A DNA stretch of 64,000 bases from Terriglobia bacterium. GTDB lineage: Bacteria; Acidobacteriota; Terriglobia; Acidiferrales; UBA7541. The stretch's first letter is position 1; every line of letters begins with the position of its first letter. The translations under genes were made by a program, and so were the position numbers. Location: positions 4,954 to 68,953 of the forward strand of contig CAVWSJ010000002.1 of assembly GCA_963757625.1 (NCBI GenBank), written 5' to 3'. The notes beneath the pieces are model-generated. The model was not told the origin of the DNA, searched no databases, and saw only the letters and a list, made by a program, of their open reading frames with translations. This document shows, piece after piece, positions 38,121 to 49,187 of the stretch.

Positions 38121-38492
38121 ATGATCATAGGTGACCGTCTTCGCGCACTGCGCGAAGAAAAGAAGTTTTCCCAAGGGGACATCGAAAAGCGCACCGGACT
38201 GCTTCGTTGCTATATTTCCCGCGTGGAAAATGGCCATACCGTTCCGGCCATTGAAACGCTGGAGAAAATGGCGCGCGCTTTGGAAGTCCCACTTTATCAA
38301 CTCTTCTATGACGGAGAAGAGCCACCCGAACTCCCCAATCTTCCGAAGCGCAAAAGCGCCGACGATATCGTGTGGGGCAGTTCCGGGAAAGAGGCACGTC
38401 TTCTGAACAAGTTTCGCAGGCTGATGGGTCGCATTGAAGAAGGCGACCGTCGTCTCCTGCTTTACATGGCTCAGAAGATGGCCAACCGCTAA
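38121..38492 (+). CDS. XRE-family helix-turn-helix transcriptional regulator
   Basis: IGDRLRALREEKKFSQGDIEKRTGLLRCYISRVENGHTVPAIETLEKMARALEVPLYQLF. Confidence 0.8.
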   Translation: MIIGDRLRALREEKKFSQGDIEKRTGLLRCYISRVENGHTVPAIETLEKMARALEVPLYQLFYDGEEPPELPNLPKRKSADDIVWGSSGKEARLLNKFRRLMGRIEEGDRRLLLYMAQKMANR

Positions 38493-38640
38493 GTCCAGCG
38501 GTCTCCCGGGTCCATCGGGACGGCAATTCCCGCCATACAGGCTTATAGGCCCGGGCGTCACCGCGAAGGTTCTGCCGCGAAGGTGATTCCACCCGGGCCG
38601 AGGCCAAGCTGTACATTCTGAGTGTATGTTTCATACTGTG

Positions 38641-38675
38641 AACAGGCAAGCTCGGTCCCCTCCTTGCCTGTTTTT
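38641..38675 (+). terminator. Intrinsic-terminator-like hairpin with T-tract (possibly bidirectional)
   Basis: aacaggcaag (38641-38650) pairs perfectly with cttgcctgtt (38663-38672) across a 12-nt loop, and the T run extends to 38675. It lies 2 nt beyond the guaA stop on the other strand and ~150 nt after the XRE gene. Confidence 0.5.
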
Positions 38676-38676
38676 C

Positions 38677-40232
38677 CTATTCCCACTCGATCGTGCTGGG
38701 CGGCTTCGAACTGATGTCGTACACCACCCGGTTAATCCCGCTGACTTCATTCACGATCCGCGTCGAGATGCGCTCCAGAACTTCCGCGGGCAAGGCGCGT
38801 CCAATCCGCCGTCATGGCGTCTTCGGAATCCACGACCCGCACCGCGACCGTGAACCCGTAGCTTCGCTCGTCGCCCATGACGCCCACGCTTCGCACCGGA
38901 AGCAGCACGGCAAACGCCTGCCACACTTTCTCATAAAGTCCGGCGCGCCGAATTTCCTCCACGACAATGGCATCCGCATCCCGGAGCAGCGACAGCCGCT
39001 CTTCGGTCACTTCGCCCAGCAACCGCACCGCTAATCCCGGCCCGGGAAACGGATGCTTGGTCAGCATCTCTTCCGGCAGTCCCAGCTCGCGTCCGATGCT
39101 CCTGCACCTCATCCTTGAACAGCTCGCGCAGCGGCTCGATCAGCGCAAACGGCAGATCCTTCGGAAGGCCTCCCACATTATGATGCGTCTTGATGGTCTG
39201 CGAGGGGCCTCGAACCGCGACGGATTCGATCACATCCGGGTAAAGAGTTCCCTGCACCAGGAAAGCTGGCCCGGTTGGGACCGCTGGCCATCTGGCGGGC
39301 CTGCTCATCAAACACGGCGATAAACTCCCCACCGATCCGCTTCCGCTTGTCTTCCGGGTCCGTTACACCCTTTAGACGCGCCAGAAAGCGCTTCGATGCG
39401 TCCACCCCCTCGACCTTGAGTCCCATCCTATCGCGCAGCAGTTCCAGGGTCTCGCGAAATTCATTCTTCCTGAAGCAATCCGTTATCCACGAAAATATTC
39501 GTCAGCCGGTCGCCGATGGCGCGGTGCACCAGCACCGCCGCCACAGCCGAATCCACTCCCCCGCTCAACGCGCAGATCGCTCTGCGCTTCGCCTACTTGC
39601 TTGCGGATCGATTCCACCGTTTCCGCAATAAAGGCCGCGCCGCTCCAGAGCGGCCGCGCATGGCAAATATCAAAAACAAAATTGCGCAGGATTTCGGAGC
39701 CGCAATCGGTGTGCCGCACTTCCGGATGAAATTGAACCGCGTAAAGCTTTCTGCGCCGGGTCCTCGGCCGCGGATACGGCGTTGCCGGTTTCTCCGGTCA
39801 CGTGGAATCCGGCAGGAAGCGCGCGCACGTGATCGCCGTGGCTGTTCCAGATTCGCAGCTTGTGCGGAAGCCCCGCGAACAAAGCGAGCCGTTCTTCACC
39901 ACGAGCTCGGCCCGGCCATATTCCCGCCGGTCGGCCCGCTCCACGCGCCCGCCCAGAATGTGCGCCATCCATTGCAATCCATAGCAAATTCCCAGCACCG
40001 GCACGCCCATCGACAACACGCCGGGGTCGCAGGGCGGCGCCCCGGCGTCGTACACGGAATTCGGTCCGCCGGAAAGAACGATGCCGGTCGGCTCGAACTT
40101 GCGGATTTGCTCGACGCTCGCCGTGCAAGGCAGAATCGCGCTGAACACCTGCTGCTCGCGGATTCGCCGCGCGATCAACTGCGTATACTGCCCGCCAAAA
40201 TCAAGCACCACGATGCCGCCGCGCTCACTCAT
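38677..40232 (-). CDS. guaA: GMP synthase (glutamine-hydrolysing), frame broken at least 6 times
   Basis: [106 protein letters not shown] and the ending STIEWE-stop. The pieces alternate among ORFs 39798, 39670, 39483, 39178, 38931 and 38747. Confidence 0.9.
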
Positions 40233-40366
40233 CGTTTCCTCTTAATGTCCTCATCGGGCCGAGTCGCTTGCCCTGTTTTGCTCTGTCTCGCTCTGTCTTG
40301 CTCTGCCTAGCTTTGTTTTGCCTTTTCCGCAACTTCAGTGTGAAGCACAACTTCCCCGCCAAGCCA

Positions 40367-40398
40367 TTTCAAATCAAAAATCTCAAATTTGAAATCTC
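40367..40398. repeat. AT-rich TTCAAATYT-type dispersed repeat
   Basis: tttcaaatcaaaaatctcaaatttgaaatctc. Confidence 0.7.
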
Positions 40399-40470
40399 GT
40401 TCCCTGATCCCCAACACCGAACTATATTGGTTACGCAATTCCCTGTAAAACTCGCTCGCGCGCAAAACTA

Positions 40471-40503
40471 TTTCAATTCTCACATTTCAAATTTGAAATC
40501 TCA
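40471..40503. repeat. AT-rich TTCAAATYT-type dispersed repeat abutting the leuS stop
   Basis: tttcaattctcacatttcaaatttgaaatctca. Confidence 0.7.
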
Positions 40504-43011
40504 TCCCACCACCACGTTGACCAGCTTGTCCGGCACCGCGATTACTCTTAACTATCCGCTGTCCATCCAGAAGTTTCGCGATCTTCGGGTCGGAAAGCAC
40601 TCGTTTCTCTAGTTCAACCTTGTCCAGGCCGGCCTCGACGGAAACCTTGCCTCTCACGCGGCCGTTCACCTGCACCACAATTTCCACCTGATCTTCCGCG
40701 GCCAGTTCCGGCACAAACTTGGGCCATGACGCGTGCGCCAGCGTGTCCTGCGTGTGGCCGAGGATTTCCCAAAGCTCCTCCGCCAGATGCGGCACCATCG
40801 GCGCCAGCATCAGAGTCAGCAGCTCGAAGACTTCCCTGGCAACTTCGGGACGCACGCCCTCTTCCAGCGGCTCCTGCGCCTGAATCTCGTTGACCAGCTC
40901 CATCAGCAGCGCCGTGGCGCTATTGAAATGCCAGCGCGTATCAAAGTCGTTCGTCACGCGCCGCAGCACCTGATGCGCTTTGCGCAGCAGGGCCTTTTCT
41001 TTCGGCGTCGCCGAATCGAGCGAAACCTCCCGCGCCGCCGTCGCAGCGCCTTGCGCAATCGTTCCGCGTGTCTTGGAAACCAGACGGTAGCACGCGCTGC
41101 AGGAAACGCGCGCAGCCTTCGATCGCCTGCTCGCTCCATTCGAGATCTTTTTCCGGCGGCGCCGCAAACAGCGTGTACAGGCGGCCCGTATCGCAGCCGT
41201 ATTTCTCGCGCCATGTCCTCGGCCCCGACGACGTTGCCCTTCGATTTCGACATGGCCGTGCCGCCCTTGAGCACCAGCCCCTGCGTGAACAGCCTCTTCA
41301 CCGGCTCGTCGTGATTCACGAGTCCCAGATCGCGCATCACCTTGCAGAAAAACCGCGTGTACAGCAGATGCAGAATCGCGTGAACGATCCCGCCGATGTA
41401 CTGGTCCACCGGCAGCCAGTAGCGGACCAGCGCCGGATCGAACGGCGCCTTGTCGTTGTGCGCGTCGGCATAGCGGTAGAAGTACCACGAGGAATCGATG
41501 AACGTATCCATCGTGTCGGTTTCGCGTTGCCCTGGCCCGCCGCACTTCGGACACTTCACATTCACGAATTCCGGCACGCTCGCCAGCGGCGATTGCCCGA
41601 CGCCGGAAAATTTCGCCATCGGCGGGAAGGACAACCGGCAAGTCCTTGTCCGGCACGGGAACCATTCCGCACTTCTCGCAATAGATCACGGGGATTGGCG
41701 TGCCCCAGTAGCGCTGCCGCGAAATGCCCCAGTCCTTCAGGCGAAAAATAATTTCGCCCTTGCCGAAGCCGCGCGCTTCGGCATCCGCAGTCATTTTTTC
41801 GATCGCCTTTTCGGAGGTGAGACCTGAGTACGGCCCCGAGTTCACCGACTTTCCGTAATCCGTAAACGCCGCGCGAAGCGTTTCCTCCGTGAGCGCTTCT
41901 CCCTCCGCCGGTTGGACGACAATCGGAATCGCCAGACCGTACTTGGTCGCAAATTCAAAATCGCGCTCGTCGTGCGCCGGAACGCACATCACCGCGCCCG
42001 TCCCGTATTCCATCAGGACGAAATTCCCCACCCAGATGGGAATCTTTTCGCCATTGAACGGATTCACCGCGTACCGCCCGACAAAGAATCCTTCCTTCTC
42101 CGCCGTGGCAATATCCGCCGCGCGAGTCAACGCTCGCCGCAGTCTCTGCACGTTCTCTTCAATTTCGGCTTGATCCTTCACGCCCGCTACCAGCGTGCTC
42201 AGCAGCGGATGCTCCGGCGCCAGGATCAGCGCCGATGCGCCATAAATCGTATCGACGCGCGTCGTAAATACTTCGATCGAAGTGCCTGCGACGCCCATCC
42301 ACGTCAAATCGTACGCGCGTGCCGCGCGACTTCCCGATCCAGTTGCGCTGCATCGTCAGAACGCGCTCGGGCCAGCCGCCTTCGAGTTGATCGAGCGTCT
42401 CGAGCAATTCGTCGGCGTATTGCGTGATGCGCAGGAACCACTGCTCGATCTCTTTCGCTTCGACCGGCGTGTCTTCGTGCCGCCAGCAGCACCCGTTCAC
42501 CACCTGCTCGTTCGCCAGCACCGTCTCGCATTTCGGGCACCAATTCACGCGGCTGCGTTTGCGGTAGGCGATGCCCTTTTCGAGCATGCGCAGGAAAAAC
42601 CACTGGTTCCAGCGGTAATATTCCGGCTCGCAGGTGGAAATTTCCCGCCGCCAGTCGTAGCTGAATCCAAACCGCCGCAGCACGCGCTTAAACGACTCGA
42701 TATTCGTATTGGTCCACTCGCGCGGATGAATGCCCCGCTGGATCGCCGCGTTTTCCGCCGGCAGTCCGAACGCGTCCCACCCCATCGGATGGATCACATG
42801 AAATCCCTGCATGCGCCGGTAACCGCGCCACCACGTCGCCGATGGTGTAATTGCGCATGTGCCCCATGTGCATCGTGCCGGAAGGATACGGCAGCATTTC
42901 GAGCACGTAGTATTTCGGCTTCGAAGGATCGGCATCGGCCTCGAACGCGCGGTCCGCGTTCCAGCGCGCCTGCCACTTCTGTTCAATCGCTTGTGGATCG
43001 TATTCCGCCAC
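40501..43011 (-). CDS. leuS: Leucine--tRNA ligase, frame broken at least 5 times
   Basis: [35 protein letters not shown] (HIGH region), [53 protein letters not shown], and MSKSKGNVV (KMSKS). The end [14 protein letters not shown]-stop is reached only after a last shift. Confidence 0.9.
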
Positions 43012-43030
43012 GTTCGCTGGCCGCTCCGGC

Positions 43031-43073
43031 CAAATTTCGAATCTGAAATTTGATATTTCAAATTGCGAAATTC
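43031..43073. repeat. AT-rich TTCAAATYT-type dispersed repeat filling the nfo-leuS spacer
   Basis: caaatttcgaatctgaaatttgatatttcaaattgcgaaattc. Confidence 0.7.
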
Positions 43074-44195
43074 TACCGCTTCTTTTGTTTCCGAGCCTTT
43101 CTCTTCGGCTTCGTCCCTGCCTTCTTCTTGCCGCGCGCCCTCTGTGTTCTCTGTGGCGAAGATTTCTTCTTCCGTCGCACCATGGAAAATCCATTCTCCG
43201 CCTTCGGCGCCTGCTTTACGCTGATGCCGACCAGATCCCACAGCGCGCGCACATTGCGCCGATCATCGCCCGGCTTGTCGATGGGCGTCTCAAGAATAAA
43301 CGCGCGCCCCGGCAATCCCTGCGCCCCGGGCCCCAGCCGCGGATGATTCAGGATTCTGCCCAACGCCGCGCTGCCGATCTTTCCTTGCCCAATGTTCTCG
43401 TGCCGGTCGACGCGCGAGCCCAGCGGCGTCTTCGAATCGTTCACGTGCAGCACATACACGCGATCGAGTCCCACGGTTCGTCTCCAGCGCGTCGATCGTC
43501 CGGGCCAGGCCCTCCTCGGTCGTAATGTCGTAGCCCGCTTCAAACGTGTGCGCCGTATCGAGGCATACTCCCATCGGCAAATCCGGCGTCTGATCCAGGA
43601 TCGCCTTGAGTTCTTCGAATCGCGCGCCCACCGCCGATCCCATCCCCGCCGTGTTCTCGACCAGGATGCGCAGCCCGCCAAGCTTCATCCCTCTCGCCGC
43701 CTGCCGCATCCCCTCGGCAATTTCGGCAATGGCCTGGGATTTCTCATTCCCCAGTCCCGCACCCGGATGCGCAACCAGAAAATCCGCGCCCAGCGATACG
43801 GCGCGCACCAGTTCATCATGAAACGCCTGAATCGAACGCGTGCGCATCACGCGATCCGGCGACGCCAGATTGATCAAATAATTGTCGTGGATGACCAGCG
43901 GCCCGAGTCCCAACTCGGCGCGCCGCGCCCGGAATCTCGCGGCATCCGCGTCCGCGATGCGCGTTCCGCCGCGCGGCCACATCCGCGGGCTGGCGGAAAA
44001 TATCTGCAGCGCGTTCGCACCGAGCTTCGAAGCAGTATCGAGCGCGCCAGCGATATCTCCCGCGATGGAAGTGTGAATGCCGATGCGAAAGCTGCCATCC
44101 TGCCAGGCGGGCGGACCAGGAATGGGTTCAGGCTCCGGGCGATATTCGTCGTTTACGTCGTAGGCGGGTTCTGCATCGATCAATGGATCGGCCAT
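43073..44195 (-). CDS. nfo: Deoxyribonuclease IV (endonuclease IV) with a Lys/Arg-rich C-terminal tail, one frame break
   Basis: [60 protein letters not shown], (shift) [26 protein letters not shown], and ILETP. The tail reads [34 protein letters not shown]. Confidence 0.85.
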
Positions 44196-44368
44196 TCCTT
44201 CAGCAACGCATTCAGGTGAGCGCTAAGTTCTTCATTCTAGCGGATGCCTGCTTAACCGGCAATCACATCCGCTGATTGAGAAACCCGACGATCGTGAGAT
44301 TGCTCACGAATTCTTCCGGGTTTCTTCTCTCCAGCTGCGTCTCTCTGTGGCAGAATCTCTAGTTCGCG

Positions 44369-45490
44369 ATGCCTCGACGCCTCAATTACCGGTTGTTAGT
44401 CACCGTTATCTTGATTTTGGGCTCGGCAGGTATAGAGATCGCCCGGGAATACCGGCCTTCTTTTCTGCGCCCGGGTTTGCACCTCTACGCGTACGTCGGC
44501 AACTCGGATGACGGGACCGTATCGGTCATCGACCTGATTCGAATGGGAAATATCGCCACGATTCCGGTGGGCCCAACCCCCTCAGGACTCCGGGCGAATC
44601 CAAAACTTGATCAGATCTGGGGCGTATCCACGCAAGGAGGTTACGCGTTCGTTATCGATGTGCGAGCCGGCCGGGTTTCCGCCCGCATACCCGTTGGCAA
44701 TTCGCCTTTCGCTGTGGATTTCTCTCCCGATGGAAGCCGCGCTTACGTCGCCGCATCGGGCTCGTCCTCGCTGGTCGAAATCGACTGCCGGACGGGACAG
44801 ATCATCGGACGCGCGCGGACAGGCCGCCGTCCGTGGCTCGCGCGAGCGACGCCCGACGGCAAACAGGTGCTGGTGCCCGACCGCGAGGACTCCACGCTCC
44901 GAGTTTTTGACGCTACCACCCTGGCTTTGCTGGCCACAATCGACGTGGCCTCTCACCCCGAGCAGATCGCCGTCCTTCCGGATAATTCCGTCGCATTTGT
45001 ATCGGCCACGGGCGCTGATGAAGTTTCCGCGGTGGACCTTCGCCGTCTCGGCCTGATCACGAACTTAAAGATGAGCGGCACGCCCGCGGCTCTACTGGTC
45101 AAACCCGACGGAGGAGAGCTCTATGTCAGCATCCCCACCTCACACGGCATTGAAATCATCGACACGTGGAGGACCGAGATCTCAGGATCAATGATCCTTG
45201 GCTCGACCCCGACCGACGGAACAATGACAAGCGACGCCTCGCTGGTGTATATCGACGACTCTTCCGCAAACAGCGTCACTCCCATCGACATGGCAACGCG
45301 CCATCTCATGCCGCCCATTATGACCGGGCGTCACCCCGGCCCGTGCGCCCTTGACCCCAGCGGCGACCTCCTCCTGGTCGCCAATGAAGCCTCCAACGAC
45401 CTCGCCGTGATCCGGGTTCGCACGCAGAGCCTGATCACCATGATTCCGGTCGGCTCGGGCCCGCGCTCGCTCGCGATCAAGCTGTTTTGA
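44369..45490 (+). CDS. YVTN-family seven-bladed beta-propeller repeat protein
   Basis: N-terminal TM or signal, then about seven repeats of the type YVxNxxxxxVSVID (YVGNSDDGTVSVIDL, YVAASGSSSLVEID, LVPDREDSTLRVFD, FVSATGADEVSAVDL, YVSIPTSHGIEIID, YIDDSSANSVTPID, LVANEASNDLAVIRV). Confidence 0.75.
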   Translation: MPRRLNYRLLVTVILILGSAGIEIAREYRPSFLRPGLHLYAYVGNSDDGTVSVIDLIRMGNIATIPVGPTPSGLRANPKLDQIWGVSTQGGYAFVIDVRAGRVSARIPVGNSPFAVDFSPDGSRAYVAASGSSSLVEIDCRTGQIIGRARTGRRPWLARATPDGKQVLVPDREDSTLRVFDATTLALLATIDVASHPEQIAVLPDNSVAFVSATGADEVSAVDLRRLGLITNLKMSGTPAALLVKPDGGELYVSIPTSHGIEIIDTWRTEISGSMILGSTPTDGTMTSDASLVYIDDSSANSVTPIDMATRHLMPPIMTGRHPGPCALDPSGDLLLVANEASNDLAVIRVRTQSLITMIPVGSGPRSLAIKLF

Positions 45491-45664
45491 TTGGAGATCC
45501 TCGCGCTCATGATCTGGTTCAAGTTCCCGATTTCACACGGGCGCGGCGTCCTCGTCCTGTATCCGGCCAGCATATAAAAAATACAAGGTCTCACCACAAC
45601 CTTTCTCGCCCGATGTCATCCAACTACTTAGGCGAATGCGCCCGGGCCTGCAAGGGGGGTGTAC

Positions 45665-47433
45665 ATGCGGCACGACCGTTCGATTTTCCTCGCTATTTTT
45701 GGGTTCCTGCTTCTTGGATCGTCATTCGCGGTTCCCGCGTTTTCCGGCGCTAAAGACACGCAGCTAACGCCCCCTTCGGCGGGGCTCTCTCACGCGCGCG
45801 TGGTGCGCCTGAGCTTCGTAGAGGGCATGGTCGCGGTACGAATCGCCAGGATCCGACAAATGGACCAGCGCACTGGTGAACTCGCCAATCCAGGAAGGAT
45901 ATTCCCTCGCCACGGATCCGAAGGGTTTCGCCGAAGTGGAGTTTGAGAACGGCTCGACACTGCGCATCGGTCAGCAAATCCGAAATTGATTTCACCCAAC
46001 TGGCGCTCACTCCGCAGGGCGGCCACATCAATCATCTGACCCTGAAGGACGGCTACGCGACTTTCCACATCAGTCCGGAACACAAGGACGAATACCTTTT
46101 GAGTGCCTCCGGCGTCAGCCTGGCGCCCCGCGGGAAAACAGAATTTCGCACGGATCTGAATGAGGATCGCTTGCGCGTGGAAGTGTTTGACGGCCATGTG
46201 CGAAGCGACTGGCTCCAATCAAACCGAGACGCTGGCGAAAAATCATGCCCTGTCCGTGACTCCGACCTCAACGCGCCTTTCCAGGTAACCGAAAAGATTC
46301 AGAAAGATGATTGGGACAAATGGGCGGACGCGAGGGAGCAACAGTCAACATTGGCTTTTAACGATTCAGCCGTAGCCCCAACTTCCGCCCTTTTCGGCTG
46401 GGACGATTTGGATGTATATGGCGAATGGAGCTATTTCCCGGGATATGGAAATGGGTGGGCTCCTTATGAGCCTTTGGGCTGGTCGCCATACTCCGCCGGA
46501 ATGTGGGATTGGTATCCAGGCATGGGATACACCTGGATTTCTGGAGAGCCCTGGGGCTGGTTGCCATTTCATTACGGATTCTGGAATTTCAATCCTGGAA
46601 TGGGATGGTTCTGGATGCCCGGGTCGTTTGCCGCCTGGAACCCCGCATTGGTCAATTGGTATTCCGGCCCCGGATGGATTGGCTGGACGCCGGTCGGCGC
46701 CGCGGGAGTCGGGGGCGCCGCCCCGTGCACCGCCGCAGTGGCAGGCTGCCTGACGGCGGTGCCACCGGGTGCTTTGGCGAATCGCGAACCAATCCGGCCA
46801 GGAAGCCCACTCTGCTCCGTCCAGCTTCGACTGACGCGGTCACGGCGAATCGCGCATCCCGATATTGTCCCCGGCCGTTCGACGGCGCTTTCCCGGGAAT
46901 CATTCTCCCGGGCTGTAGAGTTCTCCGGGCAATCGCACCGGAGGATTTGTTGCGAACTCCCGCCGCTGGTTTTTCAGCATCTGGGTTTTCACGCGGTCGT
47001 GACGCGGCCCCTTCCAGCATTATCATGGGAGGAGCGTTCAGCCCGGACGCGTTCGCGGGACATTCCGCGCGCGTGGGAACATTCTTCGGGGGTAGGGCGC
47101 CGGTTCGCGTCCGGCTAGGCGGCACGATGGGAGGCCAATTCCCCGCCGCGAAATGTGGGTAGCCTGGCGTCCGGTTCCGGTATCGGAAGAGGAGTTCGAG
47201 GCCCCGGCTCGACGTCCATGGTCGGGGGACCGCAGATTCTCTCTCATAACTCAAACGGCGGTTCTTCGCATTCCATGGGTGGATTTGGATCGCACAATGG
47301 GGGCGGCTCGATTGGGATGCCGGGAAGCGGCGGCATGCGTTCCGGTTCTTCTAGTGGCAGTGCCGGGGGAGGAGCCCGCGGAGGAAGTTCTTCCTCCAGT
47401 GGGAGTTCCGGCAGCGGCGGGGGGCATCATTAA
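45665..47433 (+). CDS. FecR-like domain protein with Trp/Gly-rich (Y/W)xWGxW-type repeats and a Gly/Ser tail, frame broken at least 3 times
   Basis: Signal (IFLAIFGFLLLGSSFAVPAFS), then ARVVRLSFVEGMVAV...FAEVEFENGSTLRIG...TFHI (FecR-like), YGEWSYFPGYGNGWAPYEPLGWSPYSAGMWDWYPGMGYTWISGEPWGWLPFHYGFWNF, and a C-terminal GGSSHSMGGFGSHNGGGS... tail (ORF 47155..47433). Confidence 0.5.
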
Positions 47434-47602
47434 GTAATTTCAGGTTTGACCTCAAATAAGGCAAACCAAGAGGTGTAGTGGGAGGGTCACAGCAGACTTC
47501 TGCGTACGCTGGCGGTCACACACGGGCCTGTTCTCGTGGAGGGTTTGCCGCGCCTATTACTCGCGAAAATAACGCTGCCCGGCCAAGAGTCTCAACTCCG
47601 AA

Positions 47603-49152
47603 TTGCTCGCGCTGTCCTATGCTTCTCTCTCCTGTTTCCCCTTGCCGTCGTGCCCCTTGCAAGGTGCTGACATCTCCCAACCGGAACCCAGGCTCATCGA
47701 CCTCAATGTCGTCGCGATCGACAGCCACGGTCAGCCGGTAACCGATCTCACCAGCGACGACTTCCAGGTGTCTGACGCCGGGAAGGAGCAGAAGATCGCT
47801 TTCTTTCACCACAGCGACGCTCGCGGTGGCAATCGGCACCACTGGGGCCGAACGAATTCTCGAATCGTGGCGGCGCTAGAATTCCTTACGCCACAGTCAT
47901 ACTTTTCGATTTGATGAACGAAGGCTTTGGCGACGCGGGGATATGCCGCGGACCCAAATCGTTCAGACCTCCAGAACCTGGAATCGGCCGACTACCTCTA
48001 TTTATATATGATGACGGTGGATGGCCGGCTGTTCGCGGTCCACGGTTTGCCCCGCCCCGGATGAAACAACTCAGCCGGCAAGTGATGCGCCTTGGACCCG
48101 CCAGATCAAGCCTCTGATGGACGATGCCATGCGAAAGGTGACGCGCAAAGGCCGGTCGACATTGATGTCGCCGGGCCGAGTCGCAATCACCTTCCAAGCA
48201 CTGGAAACGCTGGCGGTGCAACTTTCGAGGGTTCCCGGCCGCAAGAACATCGTTTGGGTTACCGATGGCGTGCCGATCGCCCTTGGTCCGGAGCGTTCCG
48301 ATACCGGTGAAGTTGTCGACTTCACCTCTCAGATCGGGAGCTGAGCGAAGGACTCGATCGCTCCGGCATGGCCATCTATCCAGTACGGCAGGTAATCTAT
48401 GGCGCCCCGGATGCCATCGGGGACACTTCCGACAGCGGACAAACAGGCGGTGCCGGAACCGGCGATAGAAAGCATAGAGACTCTCAATGAATTTGCGGGC
48501 ATGACCGGAGGCCGGCCCAACGCGGGAAAGGACATTGCTGCCGCCGTCAAGCAGGCCATGAACGACGTGCGCACCAGCTACCAGATGGGATATTACGCTT
48601 CCCCGGAGAATTGGGACAACAAATTCCACAAGACTCCGCGTGACATGCAAACGCAAGGGAGTCCGCATCCAGGCCAAGACAGGCTATTACGCTTGCCGGA
48701 GGCTCCGGGAACCCACGCCCAACAGGCATTGCCATTCGGCCAGATGCAACACGTTCGATGCCGCGGAAATCGGGTTGCGCGCGAAGGTTTCAACCGATCC
48801 CACGGATGGGCGCGTGACGCGCTTCGATCTGCACATCGACGCCAACGATGTCGCCTGGGTTCGCGAAGGGGAAGATTATATCGGACAACTGCGGCTGGCA
48901 GTGGTCCACTATCTGGCGAACGGCCAGACGGAGATTCTGCCCATAATTCCCATCGACCTTCACTACAACCGCCCGCAGCGCGAGGAAGCGCTGAAAGATG
49001 GCATCGACTTCGTGCGGGACGTGCCGATCGGGAAAAGTGGACAGCAATTTCGCATTATTGTTTTTGACCGAGGGTCCAATGCCGTCGGATCCATCACTAT
49101 TCCCGAATACGAAAACTCACGTGTCGTGCTGCCTCAGCTCAATTCACGATGA
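47603..49152 (+). CDS. VWFA-related (TIGR03436-like) domain protein, frame broken at least 4 times
   Basis: IDLNVVAIDSHGQPVTDLTSDDFQVSDAGKEQKIAFF matches the typical start of the acidobacterial VWFA family. Also RKNIVWVTDGVPIA and NEFAGMTGGRP, plus a C-terminal domain in ORF 48640..49152. The true start and signal peptide lie upstream in another frame. Confidence 0.6.
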
Positions 49153-49187
49153 ATGCACCTGGTAGGCGAATCCTCGAAATCGCCTTG

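Noticed and set aside
38677-43011. Reading guaA and leuS, and the other broken essential genes, as genuine pseudogenes and therefore as genome decay.
   Set aside because: The protein sequence remains highly family-typical on both sides of each break. I saw no in-frame nonsense mutations or large deletions. The reconstructed events sit in homopolymer runs. An organism cannot lose leuS, guaA, ssb and glyS together. Technical indels are more likely, but this still needs read-level confirmation.
4172-43073. Possibility that the recurring TTCAAAT-type repeats are a CRISPR array or degenerate CRISPR repeats.
   Set aside because: The copies are scattered over 39 kb, variable in length and sequence, never regularly spaced with unique spacers, and no cas genes are present.
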